The notes under the pieces: model-generated
What the model was told of the DNA's origin: nothing
Databases searched by the model: none
Seen by the model: the letters and a program-made list of their open reading frames with translations, nothing else
In this document: positions 1-9,752 of the stretch, piece by piece
Numbering within the stretch: the first letter of the stretch is position 1
Layout of the letters: each line of letters opens with the position of its first letter
Source of the DNA: an uncultured Bacteroidales bacterium
GTDB lineage: Bacteria > Bacteroidota > Bacteroidia > Bacteroidales > SZUA-534
DNA: 64,000 nt
Direction: 5' to 3'
Assembly: GCA_902790595.1 (NCBI GenBank)
Contig: CADASL010000002.1
Location: forward strand, 137,384 to 201,383
Position numbers and translations under genes: made by a program

Positions 1-249
1 CACAATAACCTCAAAATCAGGATAATCCTGTTCAAGAATTTTCGGCAGAAACTGTTTCAGATTCTCGCCCTCGTTGCGCGCGCAAATTATGACCGAAACC
101 GGAGGCTGCGCCGTGGCGGTTCCGCGCTTATTGCAAACCGGACGAAGGGCGACACACAAATAGTACGCCACTTGGACAAGCAGCGCGAATGCAAACACAA
201 GCAACACAATTAGTTGCTCTTGGCTTAGCGAGTTCAGATATCGTTCCAC
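1..249 (-). CDS. Glycosyltransferase family 2, N-terminal part only (continues beyond window start)
   Basis: Hand translation of the minus strand from GTG at 249..247 gives a TM helix, then PPVSVIICARNEGENLKQFLPKILEQDYPDFEVIV. This is a typical GT2 N-terminal motif. The ORF is open to the window edge. Confidence 0.6.
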   Translation of the reverse strand, partial: MERYLNSLSQEQLIVLLVFAFALLVQVAYYLCVALRPVCNKRGTATAQPPVSVIICARNEGENLKQFLPKILEQDYPDFEVIV

Positions 250-366
250 ACTTGTGCAGATTAATTGATTGCAATATCAGCCGAAACTCAAAAAAATGAT
301 TTGGCGATTTTCGTTTTTTATTGACACTCTGCGGTTAATATTTGTTGCAAACAGCAAGCCTCCCGC

Positions 367-2802
367 CTACTTTGCCTCGTTGCAGGTTTGGCAATAGTCC
401 GATTTAATGTTTTCGTTCTCAAGCACACGTAACGAGAATCCTTCGCCCTTGCCGCTCAGCAATTTACAATAGGTTTCCGGCTCAAGCTCACGGATTCGCG
501 ACATTGCCGAACCGAACGCCGCGGTGTGCATCTGATTCTCGAACAGCGAGCAGAGCGATACGTAGGTGAGCAGAATCTGCATATTTGTTGTAGATGCCAC
601 CCAAGGCTCCAACGTTTTGATTGTCAGCATATAGTCCTTATTATCGAGGAACAGTTCGGCCAGCTTGAGACTATTTTCCATTGTCTCGGTTTTCACGTCA
701 ACAATCTTTTTGATGCGGTCAACACAGGCGGTTTTGATGGAGCGCACGTGGGTGACGGAGTCCACCTCGCTGATGGTGCGGAGCTGCAGACGGAGGTTCA
801 GTTTGTCCACCGTCTCCTTGCGCAGAGTGGTTGAATAAAGGCGGTCGACACCCGACTGCAAGCGGCTTCCGAGGTCTTTGAAAAGGCCGTCGGGATAGTT
901 GATTTGCATCAGCAGGTCGTTGAAGGCGATGTACTCGTTGTAAGGATTCGAAGCGGCAAGTTCGGCAATTTTCTCCTTCAGCTCGGTGTCCTTTATCTGC
1001 CCAAAACGGTGGCGCATCCAAAGGTCGTTCATTGCAAGTCCGGCAAACTCGGACGTGGCGGGAATGCGCAAATCGTTGATTGCCTCGGCGGGATATTTGC
1101 CCGTGAGAATGCGGCGCATCACAAATTTCTGTATCGACAGAGCCAGGGCGCGGTCCGACGAATCGCAAGCCTCGGCGAACTTCCGAGCCACAAACGGCCG
1201 CTCGTTGGCGCCGGTGATGTCGTACACAATGCGCATCTGTATCCGCGCAAAGCGATGTTTTTGCAGAATCGGCTCCAGCTCTTTTGCAAGATTCTTTTTG
1301 GCGATAGTGTCCTGCACCTGCTCAATGCTGAGATGCGACAAATAACTGTATTTTGTTGATTTGATATCAGTTACAAAATCACTCCAGTTGTAATCGGTAA
1401 CAATCTCGGTCTCGGTGGAGTCCATCTGCCGTTTTTTTAGAGCCTTGACAATGCTCTCGGCGCGGCGCTGCTGGAGGTTGCGGTTCACCGAGTCGCTGCC
1501 CTCAACCGACGAGTAGGCCGTGATGCTCATATTGAGAATGCTGAAATCGGGCTGCTCCAGCGCCTCCAGAAACGGCTCAATATCCGACTCATCGTACTCG
1601 GCCTTGTTGCCCTTGAACGGCACCACAAACTCAAGGTCGGCGCTGTCGGGCACCGGCTTGTAGCCGAAACGCGAGTTGATTGAGATGGTGTCGGCCAGCA
1701 GTTTGACGGTGTTTTTGTAAGTGCCCTTGATTGGATAAATGAATGATTTTTGGACACTTGCGCACACCGCTCCATCTTGCACAATGAGCAGGTTAATCTC
1801 GCTGTTGTCCAGATTCACCTCGGGCGGCAGGTCAGCAATTTTCGACCTGATTGCCTTTGGATTACCCGCTTTCGGAGCAAGATTTTTCTTGAAAAGTTTC
1901 TTCGATTTGCACTGTTTGGTGAGCACGCCGCGGTTGAAGCGGTTGTAGTCGATGATGTTGCGCTCAAGGCCGCAGGTGTATTGTTCTCTTTGCAGGATGT
2001 CGAGAGCCAGAGCGTCGTTTTTGTTGCGGAGCAGCTTCTGCAGCGGCTTGGCGCTCTCCATATCGATATAAACCTCGCGCCCCTCAACCACAATCGCGTC
2101 GCGGAACTCGTGGAGGTTGGTCATACGATTCACGCGCTTGCAGACCTCGGGGTCGTAAACGTCGAGGCCGCCGTTCTTGACTGAATATGGCACCTTGAGC
2201 TGGTCGCGATTGCGCATACCCTCGTTGAACGACCGGAAATTGCCCAAAACCACGCTCACATAAACGCGCTTGCCATCGGCATCAATATGCGACGAAACGC
2301 CAATATACTGATAGTTAACACTTTCGAACATTGCAGCCAGCTTGCTGTTCGACATCCAGCGGAAAACCAGCTCCTCAGCCATCTGAAAATAGCCCATCGG
2401 CTGCTTGCCTTTCACAACATTGATTTTGGCCGTTATCTCAATCGCCTCGCTCGAACCGCCAAAGGCCTGCAGACGGTCGCCCACCGGCAGTTTGAGCTTG
2501 GCGTTCGGGTCCTCGTTGGCCATCATCGCCATATATTCCGACTGCTCGTTGGCAACCGAGAACATCAGCTGACGTGACTGCAGCGGCTCGCAGTCGCGCT
2601 CGTAGAGAATGAAGTTTATCTGGTCGATGATGATGCTGTCGAGCAGCTTTGGGTAGAACTCTTCGGGGTCAATCTGCGTTGTTGCCGACATTGGCTCGCC
2701 CTCAATCTGGTAAATCTTGCGGGCCACGTTCTGCTGCGCTTCACACGCCAGTGCGCCTAAAACCATCAACAGCAAACAAATCGATAATTTTTTAGCCATC
2801 AA
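367..2802 (-). CDS. Secreted 811-aa protein of unknown function with an internal OmpA-like motif
   Basis: ORF track. N-terminal signal peptide (MMAKKLSICLLLMVLGALACEAQ). Internal segment ITAYSSVEGSDSVNRNLQQRRAESIVKAL resembles the OmpA/MotB peptidoglycan-binding core. The C-terminal half looks helical. Confidence 0.6.
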   Translation of the reverse strand: MMAKKLSICLLLMVLGALACEAQQNVARKIYQIEGEPMSATTQIDPEEFYPKLLDSIIIDQINFILYERDCEPLQSRQLMFSVANEQSEYMAMMANEDPNAKLKLPVGDRLQAFGGSSEAIEITAKINVVKGKQPMGYFQMAEELVFRWMSNSKLAAMFESVNYQYIGVSSHIDADGKRVYVSVVLGNFRSFNEGMRNRDQLKVPYSVKNGGLDVYDPEVCKRVNRMTNLHEFRDAIVVEGREVYIDMESAKPLQKLLRNKNDALALDILQREQYTCGLERNIIDYNRFNRGVLTKQCKSKKLFKKNLAPKAGNPKAIRSKIADLPPEVNLDNSEINLLIVQDGAVCASVQKSFIYPIKGTYKNTVKLLADTISINSRFGYKPVPDSADLEFVVPFKGNKAEYDESDIEPFLEALEQPDFSILNMSITAYSSVEGSDSVNRNLQQRRAESIVKALKKRQMDSTETEIVTDYNWSDFVTDIKSTKYSYLSHLSIEQVQDTIAKKNLAKELEPILQKHRFARIQMRIVYDITGANERPFVARKFAEACDSSDRALALSIQKFVMRRILTGKYPAEAINDLRIPATSEFAGLAMNDLWMRHRFGQIKDTELKEKIAELAASNPYNEYIAFNDLLMQINYPDGLFKDLGSRLQSGVDRLYSTTLRKETVDKLNLRLQLRTISEVDSVTHVRSIKTACVDRIKKIVDVKTETMENSLKLAELFLDNKDYMLTIKTLEPWVASTTNMQILLTYVSLCSLFENQMHTAAFGSAMSRIRELEPETYCKLLSGKGEGFSLRVLENENIKSDYCQTCNEAK

Positions 2803-2824
2803 TTATCTTTTTCTAAAAAACTCG

Positions 2825-2832
2825 CAAATCTA
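2825..2832 (-). promoter_or_regulatory. Candidate Bacteroidetes -7 promoter box (TAGATTTG)
   Basis: Minus-strand TAGATTTG matches the TAnnTTTG consensus. It lies 23 nt upstream of the ATG at 2802. Confidence 0.45.
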
Positions 2833-2862
2833 CAAATTATTGTGGCTTGTTTTACCCAAACA

Positions 2863-3090
2863 TCATTTGCGCATTTTCGGGTCAACGGCGCAGATTCCGG
2901 CCAGGCGCTCGACAAACACCTTCTCCGAAGGGTGCTTTTCGTACATAAATAACAGCATCTGGTCTTGCGCTTCACGCGATTGGCGCAGAATGGACAGCGA
3001 AGTGGTTATCAGCCCCTGACTGTAACGCAGGCGCTGCATCTGGTCGAGCAGGGCGAGCTCTTTGGGCGATAGAGGATTGCGATTTTGCAT
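2863..3090 (-). CDS. Small hypothetical protein (75 aa)
   Basis: ORF track only. It is co-oriented and tightly packed between the DUF456 gene and the 811-aa gene. I recognise no motif. Confidence 0.4.
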   Translation of the reverse strand: MQNRNPLSPKELALLDQMQRLRYSQGLITTSLSILRQSREAQDQMLLFMYEKHPSEKVFVERLAGICAVDPKMRK

Positions 3091-3099
3091 CGGCTGAAC

Positions 3100-3582
3100 C
3101 TAAATATTTGACAGAAACTCTTTTACAAAATAATAAATCATCGTTCCCGACAGAATCAGCTTGAGCACGAGCCCGGTCATAATGCCGACAAACGAGCCGA
3201 GAGCCGCGTACAGCGAACGGTCGGTATCGCTGTTGCCGGTGTACTCACCAATGAAAGCGCCAATGAGCGGACCGAACAAAATTCCGGGCAAACCGAAAAA
3301 CATACCCACGAAAACGCCTATTGTGGCGCCCCACGTGCCTCGCTTGGTGCCGCCGAACTTTTTGGTGCCCCAAGCCGGGACAAGATAGTCGAGCACCACG
3401 GCCGCAACGGCCAGCGCCGCCATAACAACCATAAAAGTGGTACTGAAATCGCCCCACCGCGTGAACTGAAGCATCAGCAACGAGAGGAAACTCAAGGGCG
3501 GCCCGGGAATGACGGGAACGAAACATCCGAGAAATCCGGCCAAAGCCAGGAGAACACCTAAAAATAGAAGCACGTAATCCAT
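3100..3582 (-). CDS. DUF456 family membrane protein
   Basis: 160 aa with four hydrophobic segments. The N-terminus LLFLGVLLALAGFLGCFVPVIPGPPLSF is typical of DUF456. Confidence 0.7.
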   Translation of the reverse strand: MDYVLLFLGVLLALAGFLGCFVPVIPGPPLSFLSLLMLQFTRWGDFSTTFMVVMAALAVAAVVLDYLVPAWGTKKFGGTKRGTWGATIGVFVGMFFGLPGILFGPLIGAFIGEYTGNSDTDRSLYAALGSFVGIMTGLVLKLILSGTMIYYFVKEFLSNI

Positions 3583-3632
3583 AACTGATGATTTTTTTGC
3601 TGCAAGTTACAATTATCAGGCCATTTTCTGAC

Positions 3633-3670
3633 GAAAAAAACCGCCGTCCATCGAAATAATGAGCGGCGGC
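3633..3670 (-). terminator. Rho-independent terminator after the split lipoprotein gene
   Basis: On the minus strand, a CCGCCG..CGGCGG stem is followed by T7. It lies about 23 nt after the stop at 3693. Confidence 0.6.
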
Positions 3671-3692
3671 GTATAAATCATTGATTATCAAT

Positions 3693-5756
3693 TTATGGCG
3701 CAGGAATCTCAAACGCAGTCACCGATGTGTTCCAACCGGTTATCTCACTGTATGAAATATCTTTCGCCTTGTAAACCACATTGTTACTCTCGTTAACGTA
3801 GAACTCGTAGCTTGTGTTCAAAACACTTGTGCCTTCATATTTCACGCACTCAACGCCACAAACTGTAAGCGTCTCGCCCGTTGGATTGCACTCGCTGTAG
3901 CAGCTGCCTTTGGGTGTTGAGTTGCTGAAAATGAAGCTGAAATCGCATTTTTGTGCAAAGTAGTCGAAATCCTGCCAATGGCTGTCGTCCAGAACCGATG
4001 TCCAGCTTTCGTCACCATCATCTTTCACCATTGCTTTCAGTGTTACGCCGTTGCTGTCAAACTTCCAATATTGATATGTTCCCTTGCCATCGGTGCACAT
4101 CCACTCGTTGCCCAACTTGATGATAGTCAGATTAGTAACCGTAGTGCCGAACAGTTTAACCGTATCGGTTGTTGTGATTTTCACGTTTGCCGGAAAACCG
4201 GCCTTGCATTCTCTGTGTTCAGGAACCGACAGTTTTGCACCAACCGTAAATTCCAAAGTTTCAAATTCGACACCTGCACCATTGTAATACAGACACACAT
4301 CGGTCTCGTTATCAATATAATATGTGGTGCCAGAATAGTTATATTCAGTGCATTGGCGGCCAGCATAAGTTTTGCGGCCAACTTTAGTCCAGTTTGAAGT
4401 GACAAAACTTGAATTAGCATCGCCCCACGATGTCGGAGCCCAATAAACTATCGTACTGAACTCGCTTTTGTAACCCTCGTCGGCAGGTTTGTTACGGTCT
4501 TTGAACACACCGCTTGTATAGCGCCAGGCGCCTTTCTCATACTTGTAATACTTTCCGCCTTTGACCGAAAGGTCGTAGTAATACTGGCTGGCATCGAAGC
4601 CTGCCACAGAATCGAAAACTTGAATGCCGCCATACGACGATGAAAAATTATAGAACGAAACTTCGCCATTGTAGGTTTTGCGCGTTTTGGTGCTGACGCC
4701 ACTTGTCGCTGCCAGCTTGTAGAATTTGTCGCGCCAATCGATTTTACCGTCAGCATTGAAATCGTCGGCCGAAACAGCCTGCTGATTGCCGTTGTCCTCC
4801 TCGTTGCCGTTATTTTCTTCTGGCGTGCCACCGTCAACTGGAGCCTCACCATTTCCGTTCCCATTGTTATTCTCTTGATTTTCAGGCGGCGTCTGATTGT
4901 CAGGAATATCGTTGTTGCCATTGTTGCCATCAGCCAGAATACGCTGGAAGGTCAAAACATCGTAGCTTGTTGTCAGCACGTAACGGTTGCCGTTGATTTC
5001 TTTCTCAAACGAACTACCCCAGTTAAACTCACTAAAACCATTAGCTAACGCATTCTCAACCAACTTGTCGATGGTTTCATAACTAATATCGCCATACAGT
5101 TTGACCTCGTTGCCCGATGCCTTGCTCAATGCGTAAACGCCGCCTGCTTCCGGGAAAATCTGAAGCCACGACACATCCTTCGAAACTTGCGCCCAGTTGG
5201 TATAAATTTTTGTACCCGACTGATTTTTCAATTCATCGGAATACTGCTTTGCGGCCGAATCTTTTTTCTGACTGCTGATTTCGGTTTTTCGATAGCAATA
5301 CTGGTTATAGCCATACTCCATTTCGTACTTAACTCCTTCCGAATCAATCTTGTATCCTTTCAAAGCACCATCTCCAAAGGTGAATACGTAGCCGTCGGCA
5401 AGCATTTTTTTAATGTAGGCCGCAGCCTCATCATCAGTGGTTGCTCGTTCAAAATGCACCTCCTCCACTCGCTCGCCATCGCGAACGCCAGTCGAATATT
5501 AACTGTAGTTCAAATCGCTGCCGACAGCCTCAAATTTACTGATAAACGGCGCCTTGTCAGACAACGCAGCCCACGACTTTGTTCCGTACTCGGTTGTCTT
5601 GCCGCCAATATCGTTGTTGTAGGAGTAGTTTTCTTCCTCATCCTCGTTGTTCATTTCATCTAACAATGACTGAATATCGCACGATTGGAAAAGTGATGGC
5701 AGCAGCATCAAAGCCATCAATAGCATCTTTTTGATTGTCAAAGTTTTCATAGGCAT
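3693..5756 (-). pseudogene. Lipoprotein gene interrupted by a single in-frame TAA (85-aa signal fragment plus 591-aa body)
   Basis: ORFs 5499..5756 (lipoprotein signal MLLMALMLLPSLFQSC) and 3693..5468 are in the same frame. They are separated only by TAA at 5499..5501 plus 10 sense codons. The downstream ORF has no ATG near its start (GTG at 5468) and no signal peptide of its own. Confidence 0.55.
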
Positions 5757-5842
5757 TTTTTGAATTAATTAATAGAAAATCGGATAACGATTCGTTTACC
5801 GTTCACAATCCCATTTTCTGGTTAATACTAAATTGATTATCA

Positions 5843-5850
5843 CAAAAATA
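5843..5850 (-). promoter_or_regulatory. Candidate -7 promoter box (TATTTTTG)
   Basis: Minus-strand TATTTTTG matches TAnnTTTG. It lies about 87 nt upstream of the lipoprotein start at 5756. Confidence 0.35.
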
Positions 5851-5914
5851 CATTTAAAATTGATATACAAGCACAAACCTTGCTTTTTTTGCGGTAAATC
5901 GTCGATTTTCAGTC

Positions 5915-5951
5915 AAACAAAAAAGGCAACCACCTTTCGGAGATTGCCTTT
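5915..5951 (-). terminator. Rho-independent terminator after the FGGY kinase
   Basis: On the minus strand, an AAAGGCAA..TTGCCTTT stem (8 bp) is followed by TTTGTTTG. It starts 21 nt after the stop at 5972. Confidence 0.65.
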
Positions 5952-5971
5952 CATTGTATCAGAAAATCTGC

Positions 5972-7564
5972 TTATTTCTTCGCCTCAACAGCGGCTTTCT
6001 CAATGGCCAGGCCCGCTTTGTAGTTCTCGATGTAGCGGTTGAAACCTGCAACATCTTCGGCGGTCGGGGCAATCTCAACGCCAGTGTTTCCTGCAAAAAC
6101 TTTTGCATCGAGCCAATCGGCAAGTGTTTGGTTTTGAGCATTGTTGACGGCATAAGCGGCCAACAGGGCAATGCCCCAGGCTCCACCTTCGCCAGCGGTT
6201 TCCATAACCGAGATTGGCGAGTTGATAGCGGCCGCAAGCACGCGCTGACCAACGCCTTTGGTCTTGAACAAACCACCGTGGCCAGTGATGCGGTCAACCT
6301 TCACGTTCTCTTGCTTGAACAAAATGTCGTTGCCGAGTTTGAGCACGCCAACCGAGCCGTAAAGGTGCGCGCGCATAAAGTTGGCAAGCGTGAACTTGTC
6401 GTTAGCCGAGCGCACAAACAGAGGTCGTCCTTCGGCAAGGCCAGTAACGGGCTCACCCGAAATGTAGTTGTACGAGAGCAGTCCGCCACAGTCGGCATCG
6501 CCAGTGAGCGCGTTGTTGTAGAGTTTGCCAAAGAGTTCGTTCATATCAACTTTCATTCCCATCAACTCTTCGAACTCGCGGAACAGGCCCACCCAAGCGT
6601 TCAGGTCGCTCGTGCAGTTGTTGCAGTGGACCATTGCCACCAGGCTGCCGTCGGGGGTTGTCACCATATCAATCATCTCGTATGGTTTCGAGAGTTCTTT
6701 TTCGAGCACAATCATCGAGAACGACGATGTTCCAGCCGAAACGTTGCCAGTACGCTGTTTCACAGCGTTGGTGGCCACCATTCCCGTTCCTGCGTCGCCT
6801 TCGGGCGGGCAGAGTGGAATGCCGGCTTTCAGGTGTCCCGATGGGTCGAGACGTTTGGCACCTTCGGCGGTAAGTTTTCCTGCATCAGCGCCAGCGTTGA
6901 GCGATTTCGGCAGAATGTCGAGCAACTTCCAACCCAACTTCTTTGGCGCAATCAGTTTGTCGAACTTCTCAACCATTGCGGCATCATAGGTTTTGGTCTT
7001 CGGGTCGACAGGAATCATTCCCGACGCATCGCCCACGCCAAGAACCTTCTCGCCAGTGAGTTGCCAGTGAATGTAACCAGCCAGCGTGGTCAGAAATTCG
7101 ATGTCGGCCACGTGCTTGTCGCCATTCAGAATGCACTGATAGAGGTGCGAAATCGACCAGCGAAGCGGAATGTTGTAGTTGAATAACTTCGACAGTTCGG
7201 CAGCCGCCTGACCAGTGTTGGTGTTGCGCCAAGTGCGGAACGGCACCAGAATCTGCTGCTTGCTGTCGAAAGCCATATAGCCGTGCATCATTGCACTGAT
7301 GCCGATGGCCGCAAGATTCTCAATCTCAACACCATACTGTTGTTTAACGTCGGCGCGAAGGTTGGCGTAGCAATCCTGCAGTCCGCCCCAAATGGCGTCG
7401 ATGCTGTATGTCCACAGACCGTCGACGAGTTGGTTCTCCCACTCGTGCGAGCCTTGTGCAATAGGCTTGTTCTCACCGTCAATCAGAACGGCCTTTATGC
7501 GGGTTGAGCCAAACTCTATACCAAGAATGGCTTTACCACTAACTATTAAATCTTTTGCATTCAT
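5972..7564 (-). CDS. araB: FGGY-family carbohydrate kinase, probable L-ribulokinase
   Basis: 530 aa with the N-terminal actin-like ATPase motif [15 protein letters not shown]. It is the last gene of a cluster with araA, araD, a symporter and a mutarotase. Confidence 0.75.
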   Translation of the reverse strand: MNAKDLIVSGKAILGIEFGSTRIKAVLIDGENKPIAQGSHEWENQLVDGLWTYSIDAIWGGLQDCYANLRADVKQQYGVEIENLAAIGISAMMHGYMAFDSKQQILVPFRTWRNTNTGQAAAELSKLFNYNIPLRWSISHLYQCILNGDKHVADIEFLTTLAGYIHWQLTGEKVLGVGDASGMIPVDPKTKTYDAAMVEKFDKLIAPKKLGWKLLDILPKSLNAGADAGKLTAEGAKRLDPSGHLKAGIPLCPPEGDAGTGMVATNAVKQRTGNVSAGTSSFSMIVLEKELSKPYEMIDMVTTPDGSLVAMVHCNNCTSDLNAWVGLFREFEELMGMKVDMNELFGKLYNNALTGDADCGGLLSYNYISGEPVTGLAEGRPLFVRSANDKFTLANFMRAHLYGSVGVLKLGNDILFKQENVKVDRITGHGGLFKTKGVGQRVLAAAINSPISVMETAGEGGAWGIALLAAYAVNNAQNQTLADWLDAKVFAGNTGVEIAPTAEDVAGFNRYIENYKAGLAIEKAAVEAKK

Positions 7565-7578
7565 TTCTCAAACTTTTA

Positions 7579-7604
7579 ATAACCACGGAACACACAGATA
7601 ACAC
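7579..7604. repeat. Left arm of a 26-bp imperfect inverted repeat flanking the GxxExxY gene
   Basis: The reverse complement of ATAACCACGGAACACACAGATAACAC matches 8124..8149 at 24 of 26 positions. Confidence 0.7.
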
Positions 7605-7668
7605 AAAAACCTTTGTTCTCAAGAAAAATAATTTACAAGTAAATTATTTTTACGGAACTCACTGACTG

Positions 7669-8043
7669 TCAATTTACAATCCTTTCGGCACTATCCATAC
7701 GATATGTGTTAAAATTTTGAAGCAGTCCAAGTTTTAATCCAGTAATTTTCAAGTAATTGATAACTTGTGCTCGATGATTATCTGTCAACTCGCTTACCGA
7801 TTTCAACTCGACTATTATTTTGTCATAACAAACAAAATCAGCAACATATTCTTGCGTCAAACAATGCCCCTTATAGTTAATTTGAAACCTTTTCTCGCGC
7901 TCGTACGGAATTTCGCGAAGTCTGAATTCGATTTCCAAAGCGTCTTGGTATACTTTTTCAAGTAGTCCAGGACCTAAATTTCTGTGGACTTCGAACATTG
8001 CCCCATTGATGGCATAAGATTCCTTATCGAACAAAAGAGACAT
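7669..8043 (-). CDS. GxxExxY protein (PD-(D/E)XK-like small protein family)
   Basis: 124 aa. The N-terminus ESYAINGAMFEVHRNLGPGLLEKVYQDAL and the VADFVCYDKIIVELK core are the hallmark of the GxxExxY family. Confidence 0.85.
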   Translation of the reverse strand: MSLLFDKESYAINGAMFEVHRNLGPGLLEKVYQDALEIEFRLREIPYEREKRFQINYKGHCLTQEYVADFVCYDKIIVELKSVSELTDNHRAQVINYLKITGLKLGLLQNFNTYRMDSAERIVN

Positions 8044-8075
8044 TACTGATAGTTAAGATGTTCTGTGCTTTCCGT

Positions 8076-8110
8076 AATCCGAATGGAATATATTTCATTC
8101 GGATTTTTTT
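8076..8110 (+). terminator. Terminator-like hairpin oriented on the plus strand inside the GxxExxY cassette
   Basis: A 10-bp stem AATCCGAATG..CATTCGGATT is followed by T5-T7 on the plus strand. No plus-strand gene lies upstream, so its function is unclear. Confidence 0.3.
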
Positions 8111-8123
8111 AATCATTGTTTCC

Positions 8124-8149
8124 GTGTTTTCTGTGTTTTCCGTGGTTAT
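8124..8149. repeat. Right arm of the 26-bp inverted repeat flanking the GxxExxY gene
   Basis: GTGTTTTCTGTGTTTTCCGTGGTTAT pairs with 7579..7604. A third degenerate copy of the TTCTGTGNTTTCCGT core is at 8061..8079. Confidence 0.7.
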
Positions 8150-8182
8150 ATCAACAGTTACAATTCGGTGATAATAAGAGAA

Positions 8183-9724
8183 CTATTTCAGTGATTTATT
8201 CAGCATATAGTACACTTCGTTGTTACGCAGTGTCTGTTTGAAGTCGCCGAGGTTGGTGTTTTTGTTGATGCGGACATACTCGATGCCAGTCATTTCAGCA
8301 AAATCTTCCCAATACTCTTCGTCGATGTCGTACGAGAATGCGCTGTGGTGCGTGCCGCCAGCCAGAATCCAGGCACCTGCGCCAATCTCGAATGTCGGTT
8401 GCGGAACCCACAAGGCCGATGCAACGGGAAGTTTAGGCATTGGTTTCGGCTCGATGCACTCAACTTCCTGACTGATAAGACGGAAGCGGTTGCCAAGGTC
8501 GACAACGGTGGCCTTGATGCCGCGGCCTGTCTTCGATGTGAACACCAGACGGGCTGTCTGCTGCTTGCGGATGCCGATGCCGAGGAAATGAACTTCCAAT
8601 TTCGGTTTGTCGACAGCAATAAGCGGGCAGATTTCGAGCATATGGCTCTGCAGGCACGAACTGCGGTCGCCAGCAAAGTTCAAGGTGTAGTCTTCCAAGA
8701 ACGAGCAGCCCTTCGGCATACCCTGTTGGATAACCCACAGAGTGCGGCAGAGGCAAGCGGTCTTCCAGTCGCCTTCAGCACCAAAGCCGATGCCTTCCTG
8801 CATCAAGCGCTGCGATGCCAGACCAGGTATTTGGTCGAAGCCGACAAAGTTCGGGTCGTCGATATTGGCGTCGCCAAGGTCGTCGAAGTTTGTTGTGAAA
8901 GCGGTTGCGCCTTCGTCTTTGAGCACGCGGCGCAAAGCGATTTCGGCTTTAGCGGCGTTCTTCACTTTTTCCCAGTAAACCTTCTCGCCCGACTCGTCTA
9001 TCTTAATGGTATAGAGTTTCTTATACTCTTCAACAAGTTCGTCGGCTTCTTTGTCGGTTACCTTCTTAAAATATTCCATCAACGACGAAACAGGATAGTA
9101 ATCAACGTGATAGCCAAGACGTTGCTCGAACTCAACACGGTCGCCATCGGTAACGGCAACGTTGTTCATATTCATACCGAACATCAGGCAGCGGACGTTG
9201 TGAGCGTCGGCCACGCCAGCGGCAACGCGTGCCCAAACGGCAATCTGCTTCTGAGCCTGCGCGTCTTTCCAATAGCCGCAAACCACCTTACGGGCCACGC
9301 GCATACGGGTGCAGATATGTCCGAACTCAATGTCGCCGTGAGCCGATTGGTTCAGGTTCATAAAATCCATATCGATTTTGTCCCAAGGAATTTCGGCGTT
9401 GTACTGTGTGTGGAAGTGCAGCAGCGGTTTCTCGAGCGCCTGCAGACCTTTAATCCACATTTTTGCGGGCGAGAAAGTGTGCATCCAAGTGATGATGCCC
9501 GCGCACTTTGCGTCGTTGTTGGCGGCTTTCATCACATCTTCAACTTCTTTCGAAGAGTTTGCCGTGCCTTTGTAAACAATTTTAACAGGAATGTTGCCGC
9601 TCTTGTTCAAGCCTTCAACCATTTCCTTCGAGTGGCCGTCAACTGCAACAACAGCGTCGCCACCATACAGTAACTGCGCACCAGTTACCCACCAGATTTC
9701 AAGATTTTCAAATGCTTTGCTCAT
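8183..9724 (-). CDS. araA: L-arabinose isomerase
   Basis: 513 aa, with N-terminus LEIWWVTGAQLLYGGDAV and the overall AraA pattern. It is adjacent to araD. Confidence 0.9.
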   Translation of the reverse strand: MSKAFENLEIWWVTGAQLLYGGDAVVAVDGHSKEMVEGLNKSGNIPVKIVYKGTANSSKEVEDVMKAANNDAKCAGIITWMHTFSPAKMWIKGLQALEKPLLHFHTQYNAEIPWDKIDMDFMNLNQSAHGDIEFGHICTRMRVARKVVCGYWKDAQAQKQIAVWARVAAGVADAHNVRCLMFGMNMNNVAVTDGDRVEFEQRLGYHVDYYPVSSLMEYFKKVTDKEADELVEEYKKLYTIKIDESGEKVYWEKVKNAAKAEIALRRVLKDEGATAFTTNFDDLGDANIDDPNFVGFDQIPGLASQRLMQEGIGFGAEGDWKTACLCRTLWVIQQGMPKGCSFLEDYTLNFAGDRSSCLQSHMLEICPLIAVDKPKLEVHFLGIGIRKQQTARLVFTSKTGRGIKATVVDLGNRFRLISQEVECIEPKPMPKLPVASALWVPQPTFEIGAGAWILAGGTHHSAFSYDIDEEYWEDFAEMTGIEYVRINKNTNLGDFKQTLRNNEVYYMLNKSLK

Positions 9725-9752
9725 AATTTTATTTGATTTAATTATATGATAA

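Noticed and set aside
5499-5501. Possibility that TAA is reassigned (alternative genetic code), which would make the lipoprotein gene intact.
   Set aside because: TAA terminates conserved genes in this window at the expected protein ends (for example the YebC-family gene and maf), so global reassignment is not tenable.
5954-7186. 410-aa plus-strand ORF antisense to the FGGY kinase. Similar long antisense ORFs occur at 8345..9673 (442 aa, opposite araA), 13927..14910 (opposite the SLT gene), 37712..38767 (opposite the WYL gene), 47620..48570 (opposite the M16 peptidase) and 34656..35432 (opposite the CE15-like gene).
   Set aside because: Each lies entirely within a confidently identified gene on the other strand. 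Their compositions are Val/His/Arg/Gly/Phe-rich, typical of shadow frames, with no recognisable motifs, promoters or signal peptides. Stop-poor antisense frames are an expected by-product of codon bias.
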